Assembly (NCBI GenBank): GCA_902570675.1 | Contig: CACFYZ010000001.1 | Location: 22,955 to 86,954, forward strand | Length of the DNA: 64,000 bases | Reading direction: 5' to 3' | From: an uncultured Pelagibacteraceae bacterium | GTDB taxonomy: Bacteria; Pseudomonadota; Alphaproteobacteria; Pelagibacterales; AG-422-B15 | In this document: positions 1 through 9,104 of the stretch, piece by piece | Layout: each line of letters begins with the position of its first letter | Numbering within the stretch: position 1 is the stretch's first letter | Program-made: the position numbers and the translations under genes | Notes under the pieces: generated by a model | What the model was told of the DNA's origin: nothing | Seen by the model: the letters and a program-made list of their open reading frames with translations, nothing else | Databases searched by the model: none

Positions 1-240
1 GTTAAGTTGATTTCAGGAATTCCAGCAAAAATTAATCTTATTCCCTTTAACCCATGGCCTAATTCCCCATATGAATGCTCAGATAAAGAGCAAATTAAGA
101 AATTTAGTGACATCATTAAAAATGCAGGCTATGCAAGCCCTGTTAGAAAAACAAGGGGACAAGATATTATGGCTGCATGCGGTCAACTAAAGTCCTCAAG
201 TGTTAAAATAAGAAAAAGCGAATTAAGAGCTAATGGATAA
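1..240 (+). CDS. rlmN: Radical-SAM rRNA/tRNA m2A methyltransferase RlmN, C-terminal fragment (5' end outside window)
   Basis: Frame 1 is open from base 1. The tail LIPFNPWP...[15 protein letters not shown] is the conserved RlmN/Cfr C-terminus. Stop at 238-240 overlaps the argG start by 8 nt. Confidence 0.8.
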   Translation, partial: VKLISGIPAKINLIPFNPWPNSPYECSDKEQIKKFSDIIKNAGYASPVRKTRGQDIMAACGQLKSSSVKIRKSELRANG

Positions 241-1426
241 TATAAAAAAGGTAGTGCTTGCTTATTCAGGGGGGCTAGATACTTCTGTCATTTTAAAATG
301 GTTAAAAGAGACCTATAACTGTGAAGTTGTAACATTTACTGCCGATCTTGGACAGGATGAAGATTTTAACTCTGTTAAACTAAAAGCTGAACAACAAGGT
401 ACAAAGGAAATTTTCATTGAAGATTTAAAAGAGGAGTTTGTTAGTGATTATGTCTTTCCTATGTTTAGAGCAAATCCATTATACGAGGGCTACTATCTTT
501 TGGGCACGTCTATAGCGAGACCATTAATTGCCAAAAAGCAAATTGAAATTGCTAATAAAGTGAATGCAGATGCAGTGTCGCACGGCGCAACAGGTAAAGG
601 CAATGATCAAATTAGATTTGAATTAGGTTACTATTACCATAAATCTGATATTAAAATCATCAGTCCGTGGAGGGAATGGGATCTTACCTCAAGGACCTCA
701 CTTGTTGAATATGCTGATAAGCATGGCATTGAAATAGCAAAAGATAAGAGGGGAGAGCAGCCATTTAGTATTGATGAAAATATATTACATTCCTCGGCTG
801 AAGGAAAAGTTTTAGAAGATCCAAATCAAGAGGCGCCTGAATATGTGTATTCAAGATCAGTTTCGCCATATGACGCTCCTGATAAGCCAGAAGAATTATC
901 GATTGAATTTAAATCTGGAGATGCATGCTCAGTGAATAACTTAACTATGAGCCCATTTGAAATTTTAAGAAAACTCAATGAATTAGGTGGAAAACATGGT
1001 GTAGGCAGAATTGATTTAGTTGAAAATAGATATATTGGAATGAAATCCAGAGGAGTTTATGAAACTCCAGGGGGTACAATTTTATATCATGCTCACCGAG
1101 CTATTGAGAGCCTTACACTTGATAAGGAAGCCGCTCACATGAAAGATAGCGCCAGTCCTAAATATGCAGAACTAATTTACAATGGCTATTGGTTTTCTCC
1201 AGAAAGAGATATGCTTCAATCAATGATTGATCAAAGTCAAAAAAATGTTGAGGGAACAGTCAATCTTAAACTCTATAAAGGAAATGTTATTATTACTGGA
1301 CGACAATCAGACAAAAGTTTGTACAACCCTGATCTAGCAACATTTGAGTCAGATAACATCTACAGTCAAAAAGATTCTGAGGGATTTATTAAGCTGAATG
1401 CTCTTAGACTAAGAGACAAAAAATAA
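233..1426 (+). CDS. argG: Argininosuccinate synthase
   Basis: 397-aa ORF with the N-terminal ATP motif AYSGGLDTS, plus [13 protein letters not shown] and [19 protein letters not shown] blocks typical of type-1 ArgG. Confidence 0.95.
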   Translation: MDNIKKVVLAYSGGLDTSVILKWLKETYNCEVVTFTADLGQDEDFNSVKLKAEQQGTKEIFIEDLKEEFVSDYVFPMFRANPLYEGYYLLGTSIARPLIAKKQIEIANKVNADAVSHGATGKGNDQIRFELGYYYHKSDIKIISPWREWDLTSRTSLVEYADKHGIEIAKDKRGEQPFSIDENILHSSAEGKVLEDPNQEAPEYVYSRSVSPYDAPDKPEELSIEFKSGDACSVNNLTMSPFEILRKLNELGGKHGVGRIDLVENRYIGMKSRGVYETPGGTILYHAHRAIESLTLDKEAAHMKDSASPKYAELIYNGYWFSPERDMLQSMIDQSQKNVEGTVNLKLYKGNVIITGRQSDKSLYNPDLATFESDNIYSQKDSEGFIKLNALRLRDKK

Positions 1427-1466
1427 GTTACGAAGCAAAAGCTACAAGGTAATAAAGATTCAGTAA

Positions 1467-2732
1467 TTAGTTAAAATAAATTATTGTGCATAATAGTATT
1501 GCAATCAAATAAATACTGATATGTGAAAATGCTAACCTTATATGGTTAAGTTGAAAAATTTTGTATACAAAAATTTTAATGAAAACAAAAATACCAATTG
1601 AAATATAACTTATGAAATATAAAGCATCATAAAAAGTTATATAAGGCGTTACGGGTAGAGAATCATTTACTACGAGACTAAAAATAGTCATTGTTACTAG
1701 AAGAGTAATTGAGTCTCCTACAACTCGATCATTAATGAAACCGTATAATGAAAATGATACCAATGTTATAAAAAATAGAGGCAATATAAATTTAAAAACA
1801 AAAGAATAACTGACTCTTGAAGCAACAAAATCCATTCTAATAGCTTGTGATCCACCCACCGAACCAAAATTTATATTCACATTATCAATTGAAAATTCAG
1901 GAGTATTAATAAATTGGAAATTATTTTGATTCAAAAAATTAAATTTTTTCACATAATAACTGGATGGAAAAATTTTTGCAGAGTCATCCATGTTCAATCT
2001 TATGACTGTTTGAATATTATGAGAGTCAAAAGGAAATTTAGATAAGTCAAAATTAGATTTGTCAAATTGATACGTATAATTTTTAAAGAAGTATTCAACT
2101 GTGCCGTCATAATAAACGTTTATCTTTGAACTTATGCTGCCAATATCGATAATCTGAGCATTTTCAAAGTTGATTGAAAGGTCTGGAAACTTATTAGTCT
2201 CTATATTTTCTAATAAATTATATTCACAAATAATTGCACTTTCACTGTTTGCTGATTGGTTTTCTTCAATATTTTTTTTTACCTCATTCATTTCTTTCAA
2301 AATATTCATATCGAATGATTGAAACTGAAATAGAGCTGTATTCATCTCCTTAGCTTGAAATTTAAATGACTGCTCTAAAAAATTGATATTATATTTGAAC
2401 TCTTTGGGCCTAAGGATTATTGATTTTATGATATTGTCATATTGAACATTTAAATTTTGGGTGTTGAAACGACTAAAATCAATTTCATTGTAGAGAACAT
2501 CACAGTTTTCTGCAGAGAGTAATTGATAGAATCTAGGGTCAGATGAATATTCATTAGAAGTAATAGTTTCATCATTTTCAATTAGTGATTCAGTAAATAA
2601 CAAATCACTATTATCTGTGATTGTCCCCACAGAATGAGAAATGGAAGGAATTAATAAAAAAAATAGGAATAAAAACTTATTTAAGTGAGTCTGCATAAGC
2701 TTTTCCAAGTTTTGCATTGGAAAGTTGTGCAT
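1467..2732 (-). CDS. Prokaryotic pentameric ligand-gated ion channel (Cys-loop receptor superfamily) homologue with extended extracellular domain
   Basis: Signal peptide (MQTHLNKFLFLFFLLIPSISHS; start may be Met13 at 2696). Beta-rich N-terminal domain containing DGTVEY...FDLSKFPFDSHNIQTVI, the FPFD Cys-loop core without cysteines (nt 2025-2036). Pre-M1 Arg, M1 with conserved Pro (YSFVFKFILPLFF), M2-M3 signature ITLLVTMTIFSLVVNDSLPVTPYITFYDALYF. Very short M3-M4 loop and a C-terminal M4. Confidence 0.8.
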   Translation of the reverse strand: MHNFPMQNLEKLMQTHLNKFLFLFFLLIPSISHSVGTITDNSDLLFTESLIENDETITSNEYSSDPRFYQLLSAENCDVLYNEIDFSRFNTQNLNVQYDNIIKSIILRPKEFKYNINFLEQSFKFQAKEMNTALFQFQSFDMNILKEMNEVKKNIEENQSANSESAIICEYNLLENIETNKFPDLSINFENAQIIDIGSISSKINVYYDGTVEYFFKNYTYQFDKSNFDLSKFPFDSHNIQTVIRLNMDDSAKIFPSSYYVKKFNFLNQNNFQFINTPEFSIDNVNINFGSVGGSQAIRMDFVASRVSYSFVFKFILPLFFITLVSFSLYGFINDRVVGDSITLLVTMTIFSLVVNDSLPVTPYITFYDALYFISYISIGIFVFIKIFVYKIFQLNHIRLAFSHISIYLIAILLCTIIYFN

Positions 2733-3774
2733 TACTCCAATACGGAACAGCTACTTCAGCAAATTCTTCCATAGAGTTAAAAACTTCTGCGAAAAAGGTA
2801 TCTGTTTCTTTTAGTTCTTGTATATTTTTGTATGCCGCAGCTGAGAACTCAGTAAAGTAGTCATCTGGTGTATCATGCAAGATGACTCCCTCATCTTCTG
2901 TTAAAATTTTTAATGCCTTACCATTATTCATAATTCTCCTAGCAACAAACTTCATGAGAGACGCGTTGGCAGCAGTTTCAATAGCTTGTTTTTGCTGTTT
3001 TGAAAATTCTTTATATATATCCTTATTGATATATAAATCTCCATTCACTACAACTTGATGTAAACCCTGAAGATAATAATTTTTTAATACTTCGCTTATT
3101 CCATATTGTCTATCTGGAGCAGGACAACACCACTCCGCTGCATCAATAATGCCCTGCTCAAGGGCAGGCAATAAGTCTTTAGCGCCAAGCGACATTGCGT
3201 TAACCCCAACGTCTTTGTACGTTTTACCTGGAAGTCCTGGAGGCGCTCTATACGCACTTACATTATTTCTAAAATCATCCATAGACTCTATTGGGGTGGT
3301 AAACCATCCAAGTGCCTCAGGACCAAATGGAGCCACATGAAATCCAACGATGTCTTTTTCCATTTCTCTCCACAATCTTTTATAAAGTTTTTTTCCACCA
3401 CCATTTAAATACCAAGAGTAGTAAGAAATATTATCAATACCTAAACCAGCACCTGCCATGGGTGAACCAAAAAGCATAGCAGCTGGATGAAATTTATCCC
3501 AATAATGAGTATAGGAAACGCCACAAGCAATTTCATTGGTATGAACAGCCTCTAATATTTGATTTGTTTGTACAAGTGCTCCCGCTTCAACAAATTCAAA
3601 CTCAACTTCTCCATCTGTTAAATCAGATATTTCTTCTGCGAAATCATTTAAATAATCGAGATAACCACCTTCAGGGTCTGATGCCTGACATTCATAAGTT
3701 TCTGCCTGAGTAATGTTTGGAAAAAAAAATAATACTATTAGAAGAGATAAAGTTTTTTTTAAAAAGAAACTCAT
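2677..3774 (-). CDS. TRAP-type (DctP-family) periplasmic solute-binding protein, orphan (no DctQ/DctM nearby)
   Basis: ORF track gives 2677..3855 from a TTG. The ATG at 3774 gives a clean signal peptide MSFFLKKTLSLLIVLFFFPNITQA. Blocks YWDKFHPAAMLFG, FGPEALGWF, LPALEQGIIDAAEW..PA.D and YYLQGLHQ match the DctP-like TRAP binding-protein family as I recall it. Confidence 0.8.
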   Translation of the reverse strand: MSFFLKKTLSLLIVLFFFPNITQAETYECQASDPEGGYLDYLNDFAEEISDLTDGEVEFEFVEAGALVQTNQILEAVHTNEIACGVSYTHYWDKFHPAAMLFGSPMAGAGLGIDNISYYSWYLNGGGKKLYKRLWREMEKDIVGFHVAPFGPEALGWFTTPIESMDDFRNNVSAYRAPPGLPGKTYKDVGVNAMSLGAKDLLPALEQGIIDAAEWCCPAPDRQYGISEVLKNYYLQGLHQVVVNGDLYINKDIYKEFSKQQKQAIETAANASLMKFVARRIMNNGKALKILTEDEGVILHDTPDDYFTEFSAAAYKNIQELKETDTFFAEVFNSMEEFAEVAVPYWSNAQLSNAKLGKAYADSLK

Positions 3775-3979
3775 AGATATAGTATAATTAACCCTTGTAT
3801 TATTAATTGTATAAATTTTAGTTCTATATCTTAACAAGAATGATGGCGATATCAAATATAGAAAAAATCATTCTTATTTTGACACTCTAAAAAATGATAA
3901 CAACATCAAAATTCTTATATGAGTTATTTATGAGAGTATTTATGATTAATTAACTTAATTTATGATGCTATTTCTCAAT

Positions 3980-4873
3980 TTACTTGGATTTTTCTTGTCT
4001 CAATGCAGCATCTAAGGTGTTTTTTAACAAACACGCTATAGTCATTGGTCCAACACCCCCGGGGACAGGTGTAATAGCTGAAGCCACTTCTGCAACACCA
4101 TCATAATCAACATCACCTACCAGTTTGTTTTTGCCTGTATTGGGGTTGTCAACCCTATTGATACCAACATCAATCACAACTGCTCCAGGTTTAATCCAAT
4201 CTTTTTTTACCATTAAAGGTCGTCCAACAGCAGCAACCACAATATCTCCCTGTCTGGTCATCTCTTCAATGTTTTTAGTTTTAGAATGGACAATGCTGAC
4301 AGTGCAAGACTCTTCTAACAGCAACTGAGCCATTGGCTTGCCCACAATATTTGATCGACCAATAATAACGGCATGCAAACCTTTCATATCAGAAATATGC
4401 TTCTTCAGCATTAAGTAGCAACCCAATGGTGTGCATGGTGTAAATGTCTTATTAAGTAAGTCACCACCTATTGAATTTCGTCCGACGTTGATGGCGTGAA
4501 AACCATCTGCATCTTTAATGGGATCAATGGCATCAATAATTAGCCGAGAGTCTATATGTGAAGGCAAAGGCAGTTGAACTAATATCCCATTCACTTTTTG
4601 ATCATTGTTAAGCATATTCACGACTTCAAGTAATTTTTCTTCTGATACAGTTACATCCAAATAATGGTCTTCAACATCCATGCCTATTTCTTTTGCCATT
4701 TTTGACTTGGTGCTAACGTAAACTTGACTTGCGGGATCTTCACCTACGAGCACAACAGCTAATGTAGGAACTTTGCTAAATTTCTTTTTGAAATTCTCTA
4801 TTTTGACGGCAGTTTCAGCTCTAAGCTCGGCCGCTATGAGTTTCCCATCAATAACCTTTGCAACCTTTATCAT
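3980..4873 (-). CDS. folD: Bifunctional methylenetetrahydrofolate dehydrogenase/cyclohydrolase
   Basis: 297 aa with [23 protein letters not shown] and C-terminal [11 protein letters not shown] motifs. Confidence 0.95.
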   Translation of the reverse strand: MIKVAKVIDGKLIAAELRAETAVKIENFKKKFSKVPTLAVVLVGEDPASQVYVSTKSKMAKEIGMDVEDHYLDVTVSEEKLLEVVNMLNNDQKVNGILVQLPLPSHIDSRLIIDAIDPIKDADGFHAINVGRNSIGGDLLNKTFTPCTPLGCYLMLKKHISDMKGLHAVIIGRSNIVGKPMAQLLLEESCTVSIVHSKTKNIEEMTRQGDIVVAAVGRPLMVKKDWIKPGAVVIDVGINRVDNPNTGKNKLVGDVDYDGVAEVASAITPVPGGVGPMTIACLLKNTLDAALRQEKSK

Positions 4874-5167
4874 TTAAATGGAAACTCCAATATAAAAATA
4901 CTCATAAAGAAGATTTCTTATAAAATATAAAATTAAAATCAGGATTACTGGTGATATATCAATACCCCCTAAATTTGGTAAGGAATTTCGAATGGGATTC
5001 AGTAGGGGATCAGTCAATCTTTTCGTACCAAAATAAATCGCAATAATAATTCCGTTTTGTGTATTAAAAATATTCATTGCGATCAACCAACTGAATATAA
5101 CATTGATTATAAGAACCCAGGTGTAAAGATTAATAATCTGGTCAACAAGTATAATTAATGAATTCAT
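4874..5167 (-). CDS. YggT family membrane protein
   Basis: 97-aa small membrane protein with a YggT/Ycf19-like pattern (..TDPLLNPIR..LPNLGGIDISP..). Abuts folD with no gap. Confidence 0.7.
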   Translation of the reverse strand: MNSLIILVDQIINLYTWVLIINVIFSWLIAMNIFNTQNGIIIAIYFGTKRLTDPLLNPIRNSLPNLGGIDISPVILILILYFIRNLLYEYFYIGVSI

Positions 5168-5862
5168 TTGTGATCTCTTAATAAATAGTTATCTAAAAAA
5201 GAGTCTAACCACATATTTATTTTTTTTCCATGACTAAGTCTCAAGTTCATTTGTTGTTGACGGTTTTGTGCACCTTTCTCCCTCAACATATATCCTGCAA
5301 AATAGAGCCACCGTAAATGCATTTTGAGGTTTACCTCAGGATGAAACTGAATACCTACAGCATTCTTGTAACGAAAAGCTTGTTGAGGAAATGTTTCACC
5401 GTGAGCAAAGACTTGGCAAGAGGAGGGAACCGTAAATCCTTCTTTATGCCATTGAAAAAATGTTTTTTGACTTTGAAAAATTTTATGGCCATCACCAGCC
5501 GGCTTAACATCATAAAAACCTATTTCAAATAAATGATCTTTTGCACGTTGAACAGTTCCACCTAAGTTTTTTGCTAACATCTGCGCACCAAGACAAATAC
5601 CTAAAAACGGTTTATCGGACCCCAGAACTGTTGATATCCAATCAATTTCATACTTTATATAATCCAGATTATCATTCGCGCTTGGTGGACCTCCGTAAAT
5701 GACGGCCATATCATGATCATTCATTGTTTTTGGCAGCTTCTCTCCCATGACTGGTCGCCTAACATCTAAATCGTAACCGCGTTCAATTAATTTAAGGCCA
5801 ACGTCCCCTGTACTTGATCGAGGTTGATGAACAACCATTAGTGCTTTTTTATTTTGAGTCAT
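5164..5862 (-). CDS. Class I glutamine amidotransferase (stand-alone GATase1, GuaA-N-like)
   Basis: Nucleophile elbow GICLGAQ and the His-Glu pair in QFHPE. 232 aa. 4-nt overlap with the yggT-like gene. Confidence 0.8.
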   Translation of the reverse strand: MTQNKKALMVVHQPRSSTGDVGLKLIERGYDLDVRRPVMGEKLPKTMNDHDMAVIYGGPPSANDNLDYIKYEIDWISTVLGSDKPFLGICLGAQMLAKNLGGTVQRAKDHLFEIGFYDVKPAGDGHKIFQSQKTFFQWHKEGFTVPSSCQVFAHGETFPQQAFRYKNAVGIQFHPEVNLKMHLRWLYFAGYMLREKGAQNRQQQMNLRLSHGKKINMWLDSFLDNYLLRDHK

Positions 5863-5878
5863 AGTTTCATTTAAGAAA

Positions 5879-6649
5879 CTACATTGCGCTTAAGCCGCCA
5901 TCAAGAACAATCTCTGTTCCTGTCATAAATTTGGATTCATCAGAAGCTAAATATAATATGGCATACGAGACATCATCAGTATCACCTATTTTATTCATCG
6001 GTATCTGTCTGGCCAGTTTTGCAACCGCCTCATCTGCACCAAAAGCCTGTTTGAGTGGATCTAAAATGGGCGTATTAACAAAAGCAGGATGAAGAGAGTT
6101 ACAACGAACATCGTAACCTTTTTTTGCACAATACAATGCAACCGATTTACTTAGTAATCGAACACCCGCTTTTGATGAATTATATGCTGCTGTATTCCAA
6201 CCAGCTACAATTCCTGAAATTGAGGAAATATTGATAATAGATCCATGTCCATGAGCACTCATCTTTGGGATGGCATATTTACACCCCAAAAATACACTAT
6301 CTAAGTTAACCTCGTGAACTTTTTTCCAGATTTCAAAATCAGTCGAGACTATATCGGCGCCCAAACTAATGCCTGCACTGTTAACAAGAATATTAATTTT
6401 ACCAAAATCTTTTTCGGTCTTATCTATCAACTCAATCCATGAGTCTTCATTGGTGACATCGTGAATACAGGTACTGAATTGTGTTTGACTAAATTGGCTG
6501 AGCCGCTCAGACATTGAATTGATCACTTCTTCATTAATGTCGGACAGCATTACCTTTGCCCCTTCTTCAAGAAGTTTTTGAGCAGCGGCAAAACCTAATC
6601 CTGAAGCTGCTCCTGTAATGATTGCTACTTTGCCCTCAACTCTTGACAT
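5879..6649 (-). CDS. Classical short-chain dehydrogenase/reductase (hydroxysteroid/3-oxoacyl reductase-like)
   Basis: TGAASGLG cofactor motif, NSAG, and catalytic YNSSK (Tyr-x3-Lys). 256 aa. Confidence 0.9.
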   Translation of the reverse strand: MSRVEGKVAIITGAASGLGFAAAQKLLEEGAKVMLSDINEEVINSMSERLSQFSQTQFSTCIHDVTNEDSWIELIDKTEKDFGKINILVNSAGISLGADIVSTDFEIWKKVHEVNLDSVFLGCKYAIPKMSAHGHGSIINISSISGIVAGWNTAAYNSSKAGVRLLSKSVALYCAKKGYDVRCNSLHPAFVNTPILDPLKQAFGADEAVAKLARQIPMNKIGDTDDVSYAILYLASDESKFMTGTEIVLDGGLSAM

Positions 6650-6651
6650 GA

Positions 6652-7794
6652 CTAGCTTAAATCGACTGTGTAATAAGAGTCTTGTAGCGATGGATCATCA
6701 GAGACAAAGTTTTCATAGCATTGTGACATGCTGTGTTTTCTAACTCCTTTTTGCCCAGCAATGAGAAATTCATCGTTACCTAAATTAACAATTGATGTAT
6801 TGCTTAATCGATCAGACCGTACACATGTTTCAATATTTTTTTTGTTATATAAGTCAACAATTGACACCGTTCCACTATTTCCACTTATAGCAATTCTTCC
6901 ATCATCAAGAATAATCGCATTGGTTAAACTATTTTTGACCCCAATATTTTGGTATTCGAATGTAAACACTTTACAATCTCCATCATACATTCCTCCCTCA
7001 AAACATCCCAGTCCGGTAAACTTGTCAGCAGATGGCTCTTCAGCATTCGGATCTAATTCTTTAGCAATAATGATATTGCCTGACATACCCAATAATAGAT
7101 AGATCCCTACATCAGCTTTGATACCTGACCACAAAGAACCTGGGTAGCCAGTATCAATCGTCATCCATGTCAATCCTTTGTCTGGAGACAAATAAAACTT
7201 ACCTAGCTCGCCTACTGCAAAACCCTCGTTAGCAGCTGATACTCGCCACAACTGGGGATCACTAAAGGCATAGTTAAGATGAGGCTGGTAATCATCATCA
7301 CTAATGAATAAATATCCCCACGAGTTACCACCATCATTTGTTCTAAGTGATAGTGCAAAAGCTCCAAGTGCAATGCCATTTTTATCATCATACATATGAA
7401 TGGATAACAAAGGTGCATCAAAATCGATGTCTTGGAACTGTATGGTCCAGTTCATGCCATTATCACTACTGTGTAAAATCGTTGAATCATGCCCTGTTGC
7501 CCAACAAAGCTCAATCGTTGGACAGCTGATATCTGTAAGCGTATTTGTGTACGGAACATTTTCAGATTGTGTCCAATTTTCCCCATCATCGTCTGAAAAG
7601 ATAATAATGCCGTGCACTCCTACAGCATAGATTCTTCCTGAAACATGCTCCATTGCTGTGATTAGTGCATTCGATGCATACTTGGAAAGCGCTGCTTTTC
7701 CTGATCCAAAATTAAAGTCTGAGGAATACGTCACTGAACTCAAGACGAAAAATATAAGTATTATTTTGAAGAAATTTTTCATCAACTTAGTCAA
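6652..7794 (-). CDS. Secreted BNR/Asp-box repeat beta-propeller protein (Ycf48 / photosystem II stability factor-like family)
   Basis: Signal peptide plus repeated Asp-box motifs SDDDGENW, SSDNGMNW, TNDGGNSW and SPDKGLTW. Stop lies 2 nt from the SDR start. Confidence 0.75.
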   Translation of the reverse strand: MTKLMKNFFKIILIFFVLSSVTYSSDFNFGSGKAALSKYASNALITAMEHVSGRIYAVGVHGIIIFSDDDGENWTQSENVPYTNTLTDISCPTIELCWATGHDSTILHSSDNGMNWTIQFQDIDFDAPLLSIHMYDDKNGIALGAFALSLRTNDGGNSWGYLFISDDDYQPHLNYAFSDPQLWRVSAANEGFAVGELGKFYLSPDKGLTWMTIDTGYPGSLWSGIKADVGIYLLLGMSGNIIIAKELDPNAEEPSADKFTGLGCFEGGMYDGDCKVFTFEYQNIGVKNSLTNAIILDDGRIAISGNSGTVSIVDLYNKKNIETCVRSDRLSNTSIVNLGNDEFLIAGQKGVRKHSMSQCYENFVSDDPSLQDSYYTVDLS

Positions 7795-7813
7795 GCCTGT
7801 TTTTAATAAATTA

Positions 7814-7844
7814 AAACCCGACTTAAAAATATCAAGTCGGGTTT
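7814..7844 (-). terminator. Candidate intrinsic terminator/attenuator between the DUF1329 and BNR genes
   Basis: Perfect 11-bp inverted repeat AAACCCGACTT / AAGTCGGGTTT with a 9-nt loop. On the minus-strand transcript it is followed by UAAUUUAUU. Confidence 0.5.
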
Positions 7845-7866
7845 AATTATAAGTTTATTAAGATTA

Positions 7867-9087
7867 TTATCTTGCGTATCTTCTTAAACCGTCAGGCGTA
7901 TAGAAGCTTGCAGGTTTTTCTTCAGTGCCATTGTAAACAGGAAGCTGTGAATAGAATGCTTCACCAAATACATTGTTTCCTGAGTAAGATCGTGTCGCTA
8001 AATCAAAAGTGAATTCTCCTTGAGAGAAACACTCAGTGGCTTTTGATGCACCAAATTGTCCAGCTATGACTGTGCCAATATATGTTCTCATCAAATCACC
8101 ATTACCATCATACATGTCATGAAGCGCTAAATGATAGTATTCATCATCCATGAAGTAGAATGTACGAGACTCGTATAAGTGCCTTTGGCCCGGTTTTAAT
8201 TGAGCGTGAACAACATGAACATCTCTTTCTTCAAAGCGAACATGATCAGGGTTTAAGTGATGACGTGTGTGCGATTCTTCAACTGGCGTATTCATCAGCA
8301 CATCATTATACATTGGTACTAAAGCTTTTTTCATGCCTTCATAACTCCAATCGTATTTGTCCTGTGCTCCATTAAAGCCATTGTACTGGTCGATTGTGAT
8401 AATACCACCGCCCGCATTAAGAACTGTATCATAAGAAATATTTGGTGCTCTTCTAACACGTCTGGTTGCTGGCGCATAACCCCAAGCTTTTCGCGGTTGA
8501 ATATAACTGTCAATATAGTCATGAACAAGTGTAACTACCCCAGCTGTTCTTGGTGGTCCAAGGTTTTTCTGCATGAACATCGCATAAATGTTTGGATCCG
8601 CATATTGAGATATTGTGTTTGGATTTCTTGGGAAGACAATGTCTGTTACTTGCTGACCAATCACGATTGATCCATCCGCTGCAACGTTTGTTGACGTTCC
8701 TACTCGAGCCACGTTTGAAACATAGCTTGAATTCATTCTGAAATTCCAGACGAAATGTTGAGGATGCGTTGGATTTGGGAAAGGTATTTGTCCAACGTTT
8801 GGCGCCTCAAAACCTTCGTTATCATTCACTAATGTTCCATTAGTTTGAGACATTGCTTTGATATCATCTGGCGCTTCACACGCTGGAGAATTTTCATACA
8901 CATCGATTCGAAACGTATCAGGATATGCAATGAATAAAGCTTTTTGTCCTGGTGTTAACATATCCGCATATTCAATGAAATTTGCGGATGTCACAGAATA
9001 CTTAACCTCCGCAAATACTGCAGTCGAAGAAAATGCTAAAGAAGCAATCAGAGCTGTAATTAATTTTTTAATTTTAGATTTCATCAT
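7867..9087 (-). CDS. DUF1329 family protein (LolA-like, outer-membrane lipoprotein-sorting-like)
   Basis: Signal peptide. N-terminal block YADMLTPGQKALFIAYPDTFRIDVY matches the DUF1329 family pattern as I recall it. Lies 17 nt downstream of a DUF1302 gene, the canonical pairing. Confidence 0.7.
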   Translation of the reverse strand: MMKSKIKKLITALIASLAFSSTAVFAEVKYSVTSANFIEYADMLTPGQKALFIAYPDTFRIDVYENSPACEAPDDIKAMSQTNGTLVNDNEGFEAPNVGQIPFPNPTHPQHFVWNFRMNSSYVSNVARVGTSTNVAADGSIVIGQQVTDIVFPRNPNTISQYADPNIYAMFMQKNLGPPRTAGVVTLVHDYIDSYIQPRKAWGYAPATRRVRRAPNISYDTVLNAGGGIITIDQYNGFNGAQDKYDWSYEGMKKALVPMYNDVLMNTPVEESHTRHHLNPDHVRFEERDVHVVHAQLKPGQRHLYESRTFYFMDDEYYHLALHDMYDGNGDLMRTYIGTVIAGQFGASKATECFSQGEFTFDLATRSYSGNNVFGEAFYSQLPVYNGTEEKPASFYTPDGLRRYAR

Positions 9088-9104
9088 TTTTTACCTTTCC
9101 CTAA

